This document shows positions 43,597 through 58,100 of a stretch of DNA of 64,000 bases, one piece after another. The position numbers were made by a program, and so were the translations under genes. Position 1 is the first letter of the stretch, and every line of letters starts with the position of its first letter. Location of the stretch: the NCBI RefSeq assembly GCF_009914755.1, contig NC_060940.1. One strand, given 5' to 3'. The notes below the pieces were generated by a model. That model did not search any database. It worked only from the letters and a program-made list of their open reading frames with translations, and had not been told where the DNA came from. The stretch is from the human T2T-CHM13v2.0 reference genome, Homo sapiens.

Positions 43597-45322
43597 GAGT
43601 CTATTTATGTATTGTATTCGTGTCCACTTCATGATTCCATTCAATTCCATTTAATGTTGATTCCATTTGATTCCATTTGATGATTCAGTTCGATTCCTTG
43701 CAATGATTCCCTACGATTCCTTTCTATGATGATTCCATTCGATTCCATTCATTGATGATTTCATTCGACTCCATTCGATGATGATTCCTTTCGATTCCAT
43801 TTGACGATGTTTCCATTCGAGTCCATTCGATGATGATTCTATTCAATTCTGTTCTATTATGATTCCATTCGATTTCATTCAATGCTTCTATTTGATTCCA
43901 TTCGATGATGATTCCATCTCTTTCCCTTCGATGATTCCATTTGATTCCATTCAGTGATGATTCCATTGGATTCCATCTGATGATGATTTCACTTGATTCC
44001 TTTCAATGATGATTCAATTCAAGTCCATTCGATGATTCCATTGGAGTCCAAACGATCATTCCGTTCGATTCCATTCAATGGTGATTCCATTCATGTCCAT
44101 TCGATGAATCCATTCAATTCCATTCGATGATGACTCCATTCGAGTACATTCGATGATTCCATTTGATTCCATTTGAAGATGATTCCATTCAATTCCATTC
44201 GAAGATGATTCCATTCAATTCCATTCGATGATGATTCCGTATGAATCCATTCTCTGATTATTCCATTCGATTCCATTCATTGACGATTCCATTCAATTCC
44301 ATTCAATGATGATTCTCTTCTATTCCATTCGATGATTCCGGTCGATTCCATTCGATGATGATTCCATTAGATTCCATTCGATTGTTGCATTCGATTCCCT
44401 TCGATGATGATTCCTTTGAATTCCATTCGATTATCATTCCGTATGAATCCATTTGATGATTATTCCATTGGATTCCTTTCGATGATGATTCCATTCGATT
44501 CCATTTGATGATGTTTCTCTTGTATTCCATTGGATAATTCCTTTCAGTTCCCTTCGATGATTATTCTTTCGAGTCAATTCGATGATTCTATTCCATTCCC
44601 TTCGATGATGATTCCATTTCACTCCATTTGATGATTCCATTCGACTCAATTTGGTGATGATTCAATTCGATGACATTCGATGACTCCATTCAATTTCATT
44701 TGATGATGATTACATTCGAGTCCATTTGATGATTGTATTCCTTTCCTTTTGATGATTATTCCATTCGTGTCTATTCAAAGGTTCCATTCTATTCCATTCA
44801 ATGATGATTGCATTTGATTCCATTCAATGATTATGGCTATCGATTCCACTCGTTGATTCCATTTGATTCCGTTCGATGATTATTCTGTTAGATTCCATTA
44901 GAAGATTCCATTCGATTTTATTCAATGATTCCAATGGATTCCATTCAATGATGATTCCATTCGACTCCATTCAGTGATTCCATTCGAGTCCATTTGATGA
45001 TTCCATTCTTTTCCATTTGATGATGATTCCATTAGGGTCCATTCAATGATTCCATTCGAGTCCATTCGTTAATGCCTTTCGAGTCCTTTTGATCACTACA
45101 TTCGAGTCCATTCAATGATTCTATTCGATTCCATTCCATGATGATTCCATTCGAGTTCATTCGATGATTGCATTCGAGTCCATTTGATGATTCCATATGA
45201 TTCCCTTCGACAATGATTCCATTCGTGTCCATTTGATGATTCCATTCATTTCCTATCGATGAAGATTCCATTCAAGTGTATTCGATGATTCCATTCAAAT
45301 CCATTCGATGATGATTCCATTC
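43597..45322 (+). repeat. Module B, copy lacking its last ~105 bp
   Basis: Matches B from its start (markers 43724, 44091, 44303, 45032). After GATGATGATTCCATTC (45307-45322) it switches to unit position ~2989. Confidence 0.9.
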
Positions 45323-48300
45323 GATTCCATTCATTGGTGATTCCACTCAATTCCATTCAATGATTCCATTCCATTTCTTTCAACAATGATTCCATTAGTT
45401 TCTAATCGATGATCCACTTGATTCCATTTGACGACGATTCCATTCTTGTCCATTCGATGATTCCATTTGATTCCATATGATGATGATTCCATTCGATTCC
45501 ATACCATGATGATTCCATTCGAGTCCATTCAATGGTGATTCCATTCAATTCCATTCGATGATTCCTTTCGATTCCATTCGATGATGATGGCATTCGATTC
45601 CTTTCAATCATTCCCTTTGATTCCATTCAAAGGTGATTTCATTCAAGTCCATTCGATAATTGCATTCGATTCCATTCTATGATGATTCCATTCGAGTCCA
45701 TTTGATGATTCCATTCAATTCAAGTCAATGATGATTCCATTCGATTCCATTCGATGATTCCATTGGATTCCATTCGATGATGATTCCATTCAAATCCATT
45801 CGATAATTCAATTCAAGTCCATTCGATGATGATTAAAATCGAATCCATTCAAAGATTCCATTCAGTTCCATTCGATGATTCCCTTAGATTCCATTCGATG
45901 ATTCCACTTGATTTCATTTACGATGATTCCATTCGATTCCATGTGATGATTCCATTCAATTCTATTCAATGCTGTTTCCATTTGATTCCATTCGACCATG
46001 ATTGCCTTTGATTCCATTCAATGACTCCATTCGGTTCCTTTTGATGATGATTCCGTTCGATTCCATTTCATTATTCCATTTGATTCCATTGGATGAGTCC
46101 ATTCGATTACATTCGATGATTATTCCATTCGAGTGCATTAGATGATTCCATTCGAGTCCATTCGATGATTCCATTCGATTCCATTCGATGTTGATTTTGT
46201 TCAAATCCATTCGATGATTCCACTCGATTCCATTCGATGACTCCATTTGATCCCATTCGATGATTTCCTTTGATTCCCTTTGATGATCATTCCATTTGAT
46301 TCAATTCGGTGATTTCATTTGATTCCATTCAGTGATGTTTCCATTCGACTCCATTCGATGATGATTCCATTCGACTCCATTCGATTATGATTTCATTCAA
46401 TTCCATTCGATAATGATTCCCTTCGAGTCCATTCGATGATTCCATTCGATTCCATTCAACGATGATTTGATTCGTGTCCATTCGATGATTCCATTTGATT
46501 CCACTTGATGATGATTCCATTCGAGTCCATTTGATGATTCCATTCAATTCCATTCTCCGATGATTTCTTTTGAGCCCATTCAATGCTTCCACTCGATTCC
46601 ATATGATGATGACTCCATTCGATGAAATTCGATGATGATTCCATTCGCTTGCATTCGATGATGATTCCACTTGAGTCCATTAGAAGATTCTATTCAATTA
46701 CATTCCATGACGATTCCGTTCGAGTCCATTTGATGATTCCATTAGACTCCATTCGACGATGATTCCATTCGATGTTATTCGATGATTCCATTCGATCTCA
46801 TTCGATGATGATTCCATTCAACTCCATTCGATGTTTCCATTCGAGTTCATTCTATTATTCCATTAGATTCCATTCGATGATGATTCCATTCGATTCCATT
46901 TGATGATTGCATTCTATTTCATTTGATGATGATTCCATTCGAGTCCACTCGATGATTCCATTCGAGTCCATTTAATGAATCCATTGGTTTCAATTCTATG
47001 ATGATTACATTGGATTCCATTCGTTGATGATTTCATTCGGTTCCATTCAATGATGATTCCATTCAATTCCTTTCAATGTTTCCATTCAATTCCATACGAT
47101 GATGATTCCATTTGATTTGATTCGACAGTGAGCCATTCGATTCAATTCCATGATGATTCTATTTGATTCAATTGGTTGACATTTCCATTCGATTCCATTC
47201 GATGATGATTCCCTTTGATTCCATTCAAAGATGATTCCATTCTAGCCCATTCAATCATTCCATTCGATTCTATTCAATGATGATTCCATTCATGTCGATT
47301 TGGTGATTCCATTTGACTTCATTTGATGATGATTCCTTTCAAGTTCATTAGATGATTCCATTCGATTCCATTTGATGATGATCCCATTCGAGTCCATTCA
47401 GTGATTCCACTCGTTTCCATTCCATGATGATTCCATTCCATTCCATTCAATGATTCCATTCGATTCCGTTTGATGATGATTTCATTCGAGTCCATTTGAT
47501 GATTCCATTTGATTCCATTCGATGATGATTCCATTCGAGTCCATTCGATGATTCTATTCGAATCCATTTGATGATTTCTCTTGATTATATTTGGTGATGA
47601 TTCCATTGGAGTCCATTCAATGATTCCATTCGATTCCAATCGATGGTGATTCCATTAGAGTCCATTTAATGATTCCATTTGATTCCAGTCTCTGATGATT
47701 ACATTCGAGTCCATACAATGATTCCACTCAATTCCATATGATGATGATTCCATTCGATTCCATTCGATGATTCCGTTCTATTCTATTCAATGGTGATTCC
47801 ATTCGAGTACATTAGATGATTCCATTCGATTCCATTCAATGATGATTCTATTTGTGTCCCTTAGATGATTCCACATGATTCCATTAGATGATGATACTAT
47901 TTGAGCCCATCCAATGATTCCCTTCGATTCCATTCGATGAGGATTCCATTCGATTCAATTCATTGGTGATTCTATTCAATTCAATTCTTTGATTCCATTC
48001 CATTCCATTCGACAATGATTCCATTCGATTTCTTTCGATGATTCCACTCGATTCCACTTGACATTGATTCCATTCGATTCCATTCAATGATTCCATTTGA
48101 TTCCAGTGGATGATGATTGCCATCGATTCCATTCGATCACTCCATTCTATTCCATTTGATGATGATTACATTCGATTCCATTTGATGATTCCATCTGATT
48201 CTATTCGAGGATTCCATTTGATTCCATTCGATGATGATTCCATTCGAGTCCATTCGATGATTTCATTCGAGTACATCCAATGATTCCATTCGAGTCCATT

Positions 48301-48423
48301 TGATGATTCCATTTGATTCCATTTGATAATGATTCTACTAGAGTCCATTCAATGACTCCATTGGAGTCCATTCAACAATTCCATTCGACTCCATTCGATG
48401 ATTCCATTCGAGTCCATTTAATC
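45323..48423 (+). repeat. 3' half of a 6.1-kb-type unit (unit positions ~2989-6112, with a 23-bp deletion near 48410)
   Basis: Offset 42334 from unit 1 (2997/45331, 3628/45962, 5550/47884), dropping to 42311 at 48584. Lacks the 72/23/170-bp deletions of the variant unit. Confidence 0.9.
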
Positions 48424-51400
48424 ATTACAGTCGAGTCCATTTGGTGATTCCACCGGATTTCTTTTGATAGTGATATCATTCAATTACATTTGATGATGAT
48501 CCCATTCAATTTCATTTGATGATGATTCCATTAGAGTCCATTCGATGATTTCATTCGAGTCCCTTCATTGATTCCATCCGATTTCATTGGATGATGACTC
48601 CATTCGAGTCCATTCGATGATTCCACTCGATTCCATTAGATGATTCCATTGGAGTCCATTTGATTGTTCCATTCGATTCCATTCGATTCCTTTCGAAGAT
48701 TATTCCATTTGAGTCCATTCTATGATGATTCCATTCCATTCCATTCGATGATTCCGTTTGATTCCATTCGATGATTCCCTTCGATTCCTTTCTTTGATGA
48801 TTCCATTCCATTCCATTCAATGATTCCATTCGAATCTATTCCATGATGATTCCTTTCGATTCCATTCGCTGATGTTTCCGTTCAATTCCATTCGATGATG
48901 ATTCCATTCGATTCCATTCATTGAGGATTCCATTTGATTCCATTCAATGATGATTCCGTTCTATTCCATTCAATGATTGCATTCAATTCCATTCAAAGAT
49001 TATCCCCTTAGAGTAAACTCAACGATTCCATTCAATACCATTCGATGATGATTCCTTTTGAGTCCATTCAATGATTTCATTCAAGTCCATTTGATGATTC
49101 CTTTCAATTCCATTCTATGATGATTCCATTCTAGACCATTCGATGATTCCATTCGATTGCATTCGATGATTCCATTATATTCCAGTCAACGATGATTCCA
49201 TTCGAGTCCATTCGATGATTCCATTAGAGTACATTTAATGATAGCTTTGTTTTCAATTCGAAGATGATTACATTGGATTCCATTCTATGATACCATTCGA
49301 TTCCATTCAATGATGATTCCACTCAAATCCATTGGATGATTCCATTCGTGTCCATTCGGTGATTTCATTAGATTCCATTCGAGGATGATTCCATTCGATT
49401 CCATTCGATGATTCCATTCAATTCCATTCGATGATGATTCCATTCCAGTCCATATGATCATTCCATTTGATTTCATTCGATGATGATTCCATTCGATTCC
49501 ATTCGATGATTCCATTCTATTCCATTCGATGATGATTCCATTCGAGTCCATTCGATCATTCCATTCGAGTCCATTTAATGATTCCATTGGGTTCAATTCA
49601 ATGATGATTACATTGGATTCCTTTCTATGATTCCATTCAATTCCGTTCATTGACAATTTGATTCCATTCGATGATGATTCCATTTGAGTTCATTCGATGA
49701 TTCTATTCGATTCTCTTCGATGGTGATTCAATTCTATTATATTCGATGATTCCATTCGATTCCATTTGATGTTGATTCAATTCGATTCTATTCGATGATG
49801 ATTCCATTGGATTTCACTTGATGATTCTATTCGATTCCATTCAATGATGATTCGCTTTTCGTCCATTGGATGATTCCATTTCATTCCATTCGATGATGAT
49901 TCCATTCGATTCCATTCGATGATTCCATTCGATTCCATGCGACGGTGAGCAATTCGATTCAATTCCATGATGATTCTATTTGATTCAATTAGATGATGTT
50001 TCCATTCGAATCCATTCCATGATTATTCCATTGGAATCCATTCGGCGATGATTCCATATGAGTCAATTCAATGATGATTCCATATGGGTCCGTTCGATGA
50101 TAATTCCATTTGATTTCATTCGATGCTTCTATTCAATTCCAGTCGATGATGATTCCGTTGGAGTCCATACGATGATTCCATTTGATTTCATTTGATGATG
50201 ATTCCATTCGATGATGATTACATTGGATTCCATTCTATGATTCCATTCAATTCCATTCGTTGATGATTCGATTCCATTCAATGATGATTCCATTTGAGTT
50301 CATTCGATGATTCTATTCGATTCCGTTCGATGGTGATTCAATTCTATTATATTGGATGATTCCACTCGATTCCATTTGATGATTATTCCATTGGAGTCCA
50401 CTTAGTGAATCCTTTAGATTCTACTCGAAGATGATTCCATTCGAGTCCATTCGATGATACCATTCAATTCCATTCGTTGATGCTTCCATTCAAGTGCATT
50501 CGATGATATCATTCGATTCCATTTGATGATAATTCCATTTGATTCCATGCGATGATTCTATTCGATTCCATTCAATGATAATTCCATTCAATTCAGTGAT
50601 TCCTCTGGACTCCATTTGATGATGATTCCATTCAATGATTCCATTCGATTCTATTCCAAAATGATTCCATTTGAATCCATTTGATGATGATTCCATTAGA
50701 TTCCATTTGATGATTCCATTCGATTCCATTCGACGATGATTCCATTCGATTCCGTTTGATGATTCCATTCTATTCTATTCGATGATGATTCCATTCGATT
50801 CCATTCGATGATGATTGGATTCGATTCCATTTGATGATTTCATTTGATTCCATTCCTTAATGATTTCGATCAATTCCATTCGATGATTCCATTCGATTCC
50901 ATTCGATAATGATTACATCCGAGTCCATCGATTATTCCATTTGAGCCTGTTCGATAATTCCATTTGAGTCCAACCAATGATTCCATTCATTTCCATTCAA
51001 TGATTCCATTCGAGTCCATTTGATCATTCCGGTAGGGTCCATTCGATGTTGATTCCATTGGAGTGCATTCGATGATTCCATTCGAGTCCATTTTATGATT
51101 TGTTTCGAGTCCTTTCGATGATTCCATTCGATTCCACTCGATGATGATTTCATTCGAGTCCATTCGACACTTCCAATCGATTACATTTGATGTTTCCATT
51201 CGAGTCCAATTGATGATTCCATTCAATTCCATTCGATGATGATTCCGTACGATTCCATTCTGTGATGATTCCATGTGATTGCATTCAATGATGATTCCTT
51301 TCGATTGCATTAGATTATGATTCATTTCGTGTTCATTCTATGGTTCCACAGGTTTCCATTCGTGTCCATTCCATTATTCCATTCTATTCCATTTGATGAT

Positions 51401-54400
51401 GATTCCATTCGAATCCATTCATTGGTGATTCCTCTCAATTCCATTCAATGATTCCATTCCATTTCTTTCAACAATGATTCCATTAGTTTCTAATCGATGA
51501 TCCACTTGATTCCATTTGACGATGATTCCATTCTTGTCCATTCGATGATTCCATTTGATTCCACATGATGATGATTCCATTCGATTCCATACCATGATGA
51601 TTCCATTCGAGTCCATTCAATGGTGATTCCACTCAATTCCATTCGATGATTCCTTTCGATTCCATTCGATGATGATGGCATTCGATTCCTTTCGATCATT
51701 CCCTTTGATTCCATTCAAAGGTGATTTCATTCAAGTCCATTCGATAATTGCATTCGATTCCATTCTATGATGATTCCATTCGAGTTCATTTGATGATTCC
51801 ACTCAATTCAAGTCAATGATGATTCCATTCGATTCCATTCGATGATTCCATTGGATTCCATTCGATGATGATTCCATTCAAATCCATTCGATAATTCAAT
51901 TCAAGTCCATTCGATGATGATTCCAATCGAATCCATTCAAAGATTCCATTCAGTTCCATTCGATGATTCCCTTAGATTCCATTCGATGATTCCACTTGAT
52001 TCCATTTACGATGATTCCATTTGATTCCATGTGATGATTCCATTCAATTCTATTCAGTGATGTTGCCATTTGATTCCATTCGACCATGATTGCCTTTGAT
52101 TCCATTCAATGATTCCATTCGGTTCCTTTTGATGATGATTCCGTTCGATTCCATTTGATGATTCCATTTGATTCCATTGGATGAGTCCATTCGATTACAT
52201 TCGATGATTATTCCATTCGAGTGCGTTAGATGATTCCATTCGAGTCCATTCGATGATTCCATTCGATTCCATTCGATGTTGATTCTGTTCAAATCCATTC
52301 GATGATTCCACTCGATTCCATTCGATGACTCCAGTTGATCCCATTCGATGGTTTCCTGTGATTCCCTTTGATGATCATTCCATTTGATTCAATTCGGTGA
52401 TTTCATTTGATTCCATTCAGTGACGTTTCCATTCCACTCCATTCGATGATGATTCCATTCAACTCCATTCGATTATGATTTCATTCAATTCCATTCGATA
52501 ATGATTCCCATCAAGTCCATTCGATGATTCCATTCGATTCCATTCAACGATGATTTGATTCGTGTCCATTCGATGATTCCATTTGATTCCACTTGATGAT
52601 GCTTCCATTCGAGTCCATTTGATGATTCCATTCAATTCCATTCTCCGATGATTTCTTTTGAGCCCATTCAATGCTTCCACTCGATTCCATATGATGATGA
52701 CTCCATTCGATGAAATTCGATGATGATTCCGTTCGCTTGCGTTCGATGATGATTCCACTTGAGTCCATTAGAAGATTCTATTCAATTACATTCCATGACG
52801 ATTCCGTTCGAGTCCATTTGATGATTCCATTAGACTCCATTCGACGATGATTCCATTCGAAGTTATTCGATGATTCCATTCGATCTCATTCGATGATGAG
52901 TCCATTCAACTCCATTCGATGTTTCCATTCGAGTTCATTCTATTATTCCATTAGATTCCATTCGATGATGATTCCATTCGATTCCATTTGATGATTGCAT
53001 TCTATTTCATTTGATGATGATTCCCTTCGAGTCCACTCGATGATTCCATTCGAGTCCATTTAATGAATCCAGTGGTTTCAATTCTATGATGATTACATTG
53101 GATTACATTCGTTGATGATTTCATTCGGTTCCATTCAATGATGATTCCATTCAATTCCTTTCAATGTTTCCATTCAATTCCATACGATGATGATTCCATT
53201 TGATTTGATTCGACAGTGAGCCATTCGATTCAATTCCATGATGAATCTATTTTATTCAATTGGTTGACATTTCCATTCGATTCCATTCGATGATGATTCC
53301 CTTTGATTCCATTCAAAGATGATTCCATTCTAGCCCATTCAATCATTCCATTCGATTCTATTCAATGATGATTCCATTCATGTCGATTTGGTGATTCCAT
53401 TTGACTTCATTTGATGATGATTCCTTTCAAGTTCATTAGATGATTCCATTCGATTCCATTTGATGATTATCCCATTCGAGTCCATTCAGTGATTCCATTC
53501 GTTTCCATTCCATGATGATTCCATTCCATTCCATTCAATGATTCCATTCGATTCCGTTTGATGATGATTTCATTCGAGTCCATTTGATGATTCCATTCGT
53601 TTCCATTCCATGATGATTCCATTCCATTCCATTCAATGATTCCATTCGATTCCGTTTGGTGATGATTTCATTCGAGTCCATTTGATGATTCCATTCGATT
53701 CCATTCGATGATGATTCCATTCCATTCCATTCAATGATTCCATTCGATTCCGTTTGGTGATGATTTCATTCGAGTCCATTTGATGATTCCATTTGATTCC
53801 ATTCGATGATCATTCCATTCGAGTCCATTCGATGATTCTATTCGAATCCATTTGATGATTACTTTTGATTATATTTGGTGATGATTCCATTGTAGTCCAT
53901 TCAATGATTCCATTCGATTCCAATCGATGATGATTCCATTAGAGTCCATTTAATGATTCCATTTGATTCCAGTCTCTGATGATTACATTCGAGTCCATAC
54001 GATGATTCCACTCAATTCCATATGATGATGATTCCATTCGATTCCATTCGATGATTCCACTCTATTCTATTCAATGGTGATTCCATTCGAGTACATTAGA
54101 TGATTCCATTCGATTCCATTCAATGATGATTCTATTTGTGTCCCTTAGATGGTTCCACATGATTCCATTACATGATGATACTATTTGAGCACATCCAATG
54201 ATTCCCTTCGATTCCATTCGATGAGGATTCCATTCGATTCAATTCATTGGTGATTCTATTCAATTCAATTCTTTGATTCCATTGCATTCCATTCGACAAT
54301 GATTCCATTCGATTTCTTTCGATGATTCCACTCGATTCCACTTGACATTGATTCCATTCGATTCCATTCAATGATTCCGTTTGATTCCAGTGGATGATGA

Positions 54401-54720
54401 TTGCCATCGATTCCATTCGATCACTCCATTCTATTCCATTTGATGATGATTACATTCGATTCCATTTGATGATTCCATCTGATTCTATTCGAGGATTCCA
54501 TTTGATTCCATTCGATGATGATTCCATTCGAGTCCATTCGATGATTTCATTCGAGTACATCCAATGATTCCATTCGAGTCCATTTGATGATTCCATTTGA
54601 TTCCATTTGATTATGATTCTACTAGAGTCCATTCAATGACTCCATTCGAATCCATTCAACAATTCCATTCGAGTCCATTCGATGATTCCATTTCATGATT
54701 CCATTCGAGTCCATTTAATC
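48424..54720 (+). repeat. 6,297-bp expanded unit (6112 -1 +196 -10)
   Basis: ATTACAGTCGAG landmark at 48424 and 54721; contains the 98-bp triplication. Confidence 0.92.
53501..53794 (+). repeat. Nested 98-bp tandem triplication
   Basis: Copies start at 53501, 53599 and 53697. Each carries CCATTCCATTCCATTCAATGATTCCATTCGATTCCGTTTG, which occurs once at this position in other units. Confidence 0.93.
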
Positions 54721-55130
54721 ATTACAGTCGAGTCCATTTGGTGATTCCACTGGATTTCTTTTGATAATGATACCATTCTATTACATTTGATGAAGATCCC
54801 ATTCAATTTCATTTGATGGTGATTCCATTAGAGTCCATTCGATGATTTCATTCGAGTCCCTTCATTGATTCCATCCGATTTCATTTGATGATGACTCCAT
54901 TCGAGTTCATTCGATGATTCCACTCGATTCCATTAGATGATTCCATTGGAGTCCATTTCATTGTTCCATTCGATTCCATTCGATTCCTTTCGAAGATTAT
55001 TCCATTTGAGTCCATTCGATGATGATTCCATTCCATTCCATTCGATGATTCCGTTTGATTCCGTTCGATGATTCCCTTCAATTCCTTTCTTTGATGATTC
55101 CATTCCATTCCATTCAATGATTCCATTCGA

Positions 55131-58100
55131 ATCTATTCCATGATGATTCCTTGCGATTCCATTCGCTGATGTTTCCATTCAATTCCATTCGATGATGATT
55201 CCATTCGATTCCATTCATTGAGGATTCCATTTGATTCCATTAAATGATGATTCCGTTCTATTCCATTCAATGATTGCATTCAATTCCATTCAATGATTAT
55301 CCCCTTAGAGTAAACACAACGATTCAATTCACTACCATTCGATGATGATTCCTTTTGAGTCCATTCAATGATTTCATTCAAGTCCATTTGATGATTCCTT
55401 TCAATTCCATTCTATGATGATTCCATTCGAGTCCATTCGATGATTCCATTCAATTGCATTCGATGATTCCATTATATTCCAGTCAACGATGATTCCATTC
55501 GAGTCCATTCGATGATTCCATTAGAGTACATTTAATGATTGCTTTGTTTTCAATTCGAAGATGATTACATTGGATTCCATTCTATGATACCATTCGATTC
55601 CATTCAATGATGATTCCACTCAAATCCATTGGATGATTCCATTCGTGTCCGTTCGGTGATTTCATTAGATTCCATTCGAGGATGATTCCATTCGATTCCA
55701 TTCGATGATTCCATTCAATTCCATTCGATGATGATTCCATTCCAGTCCATATGATCATTCCATTTGATTTCATTCGATGATGATTCCATTCGATTCCATT
55801 CGATGATTCCATTCTATTCCATTCGATGATGATTCCATTCGAGTCCATTCGATGATTCCATTCGAGTCCATTTAATGATTCCATTGGGTTCAATTCAATG
55901 ATGATTACATTGGATTCTGTTCTATGATACCATTCAATTCCGTTCATTGACAATTTGATTCCATTGGATGATGATTCCATTTGAGTTCATTCGATGATTC
56001 TATTCGATTCTCTTCGATGGTGATTCAATTCTATTATATTGGATGATTCCATTCGATTCCATTTGATGTTGATTCAATTCGATTCTATTCGATGATGATT
56101 CCATTGGATTTCACTTGATGATTCTATTCGATTTCATTCAATGATGATTCACTTCTCGTCGATTGGATGATTCCATTTCATTCCATTCGATGATGATTCC
56201 ATTTGATTCCTTTCGATGATTCCATTTGATTCCATGCGACGGTGAGCAATTCGATTCAATTCCATGATGATTCTATTTGATTCAATTAGATGATGTTTCT
56301 ATTCGAATCCATTCCATGATTATTCCATTGGAATCCATTCGGCGATGATTCCATATGAGTCAATTCAATGATGATTCCATATGGGTCCGTTCGATGATAA
56401 TTCCATTTGATTTCATTCGATGCTTCTATTCTATTCCAGTCGATGATGATTCCGTTGGAGTCCATACGATGATTCCATTTGATTTCATTTGATGATGATT
56501 CCATTCGATGATGATTACATTGGATTCCATTCTATGATTCCATTCAATTCCATTCGTTGATGATTCGATTCCATTCAATGATGATTCCATTTGAGTTCAT
56601 TCGATGATTCTATTCGATTCCGTTCGATGGTGATTCAATTCTATTATATTGGATGATTCCACTCGATTCCATTTGATGATTATTCCATTGGAGTCCACTT
56701 AGTGAATCCTTTAGATTCTACTCGAAGATGATTCCCTTCGAGTCCATTCGATGATACCATTCAATTCCATTCGTTGATGCTTCCATTCAAGTGCATTCGA
56801 TGATATCATTCGATTCCATTTGATGATAATTCCATTTGATTCCATGCGATGATTCTATTCGATTCCATTCAATGATAATTCCATTCAATTCAGTGATTCC
56901 TCTGGACTCCATTTGATGATGATTCCATTCAATGATTCCATTCGATTCTATTCCAAAATGATTCCATTTGAATCCATTTGATGATGATTCCATTAGATTC
57001 CATTTGATGATTCCATTCGATTCCATTTGACGATGATTCCATTCGATTCCATTTGATGATTCCATTCTATTCTATTCGATGATGATTCCATTCGATTCCA
57101 TTCGATGATGATTGGATTCGATTTCATTTGATGATTTCATTTGATTCCATTCGTTAATGATTTCGATCAACTCCATTCGATGATTCCATTTAATTCCATT
57201 CGATAATGATTACATCCGAGTCCATTCAATGATTCCATTTGAGCCAGTTTGATAATTCCATTTGAGTCCAATCAATGATTCCATTCATTTCCATTCAATG
57301 ATTCCATTCGAATCTATTCCATGATGATTCCTTGCGATTCCATTCGCTGATGTTTCCGTTCAATTCCATTCGATGATGATTCCATTCGATTCCATTCATT
57401 GAGGATTCCATTTGATTCCATTAAATGATGATTCCGTTCTATTCCATTCAATGATTGCATTCAATTCCATTCAATGATTATCCCCTTAGAGTAAACTCAA
57501 CGATTCCATTCAATACCATTCGATGATGATTCCTTTTGAGTCCATTCAATGATTTCATTCAAGTCCATTTGATGATTCCTTTCAATTCCATTCTATGATG
57601 ATTCCTTTCGAGTCCATTCGATGATTCCATTCAATTGCATTCGATGATTCCATTATATTCCAATCAACGATGATTCCATTCGAGTCCATTCGATGATTCC
57701 ATTAGAGTACATTTAATGATTGCTTTGTTTTCAATTCGAAGATGATTACATTGGATTCCATTCTATGATACCATTCGATTCCATTCAATGATGATTCCAC
57801 TCAAATCCATTGGATGATTCCATTCGTGTCCATTCGGTGATTTCATTAGATTCCATTCGAGGATGATTCCATTCGATTCCATTCGATGATTCCATTCAAT
57901 TCCATTCGATGATGATTCCATTCCAGTCCATATGATCATTCCATTTGATTTCATTCGATGATGATTCCATTCGATTCCATTCGAAGATTCCATTCTATTC
58001 CATTCGATGATGATTCCATTCGAGTCCATTCGATGATTCCATTCGAGTCCATTTAATGATTCCATTGGGTTCAATTCAATGATGATTACATTGGATTCCG

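Larger units (their letters stand above)
35040..45322 (+). repeat. Third, phase-shifted copy of the ~10-kb super-repeat (period 9,933 bp)
   Basis: 35099 to 45032 = 9933 = 9983-1-49. Colinear with ~21278-31610 at offset 13762, falling to 13712. Confidence 0.88.

Noticed and set aside
45826-46011. The only plus-strand ORF (61 aa)
   Set aside because: Chance loss of TGA stops in one frame of one satellite copy; not open in homologous copies.
50921-50940. Out-of-register 1-bp deletion (GAGTCCATCG vs GAGTCCATTCG)
   Set aside because: A singleton loss in a TT run that cannot be distinguished from sequencing error without reads.
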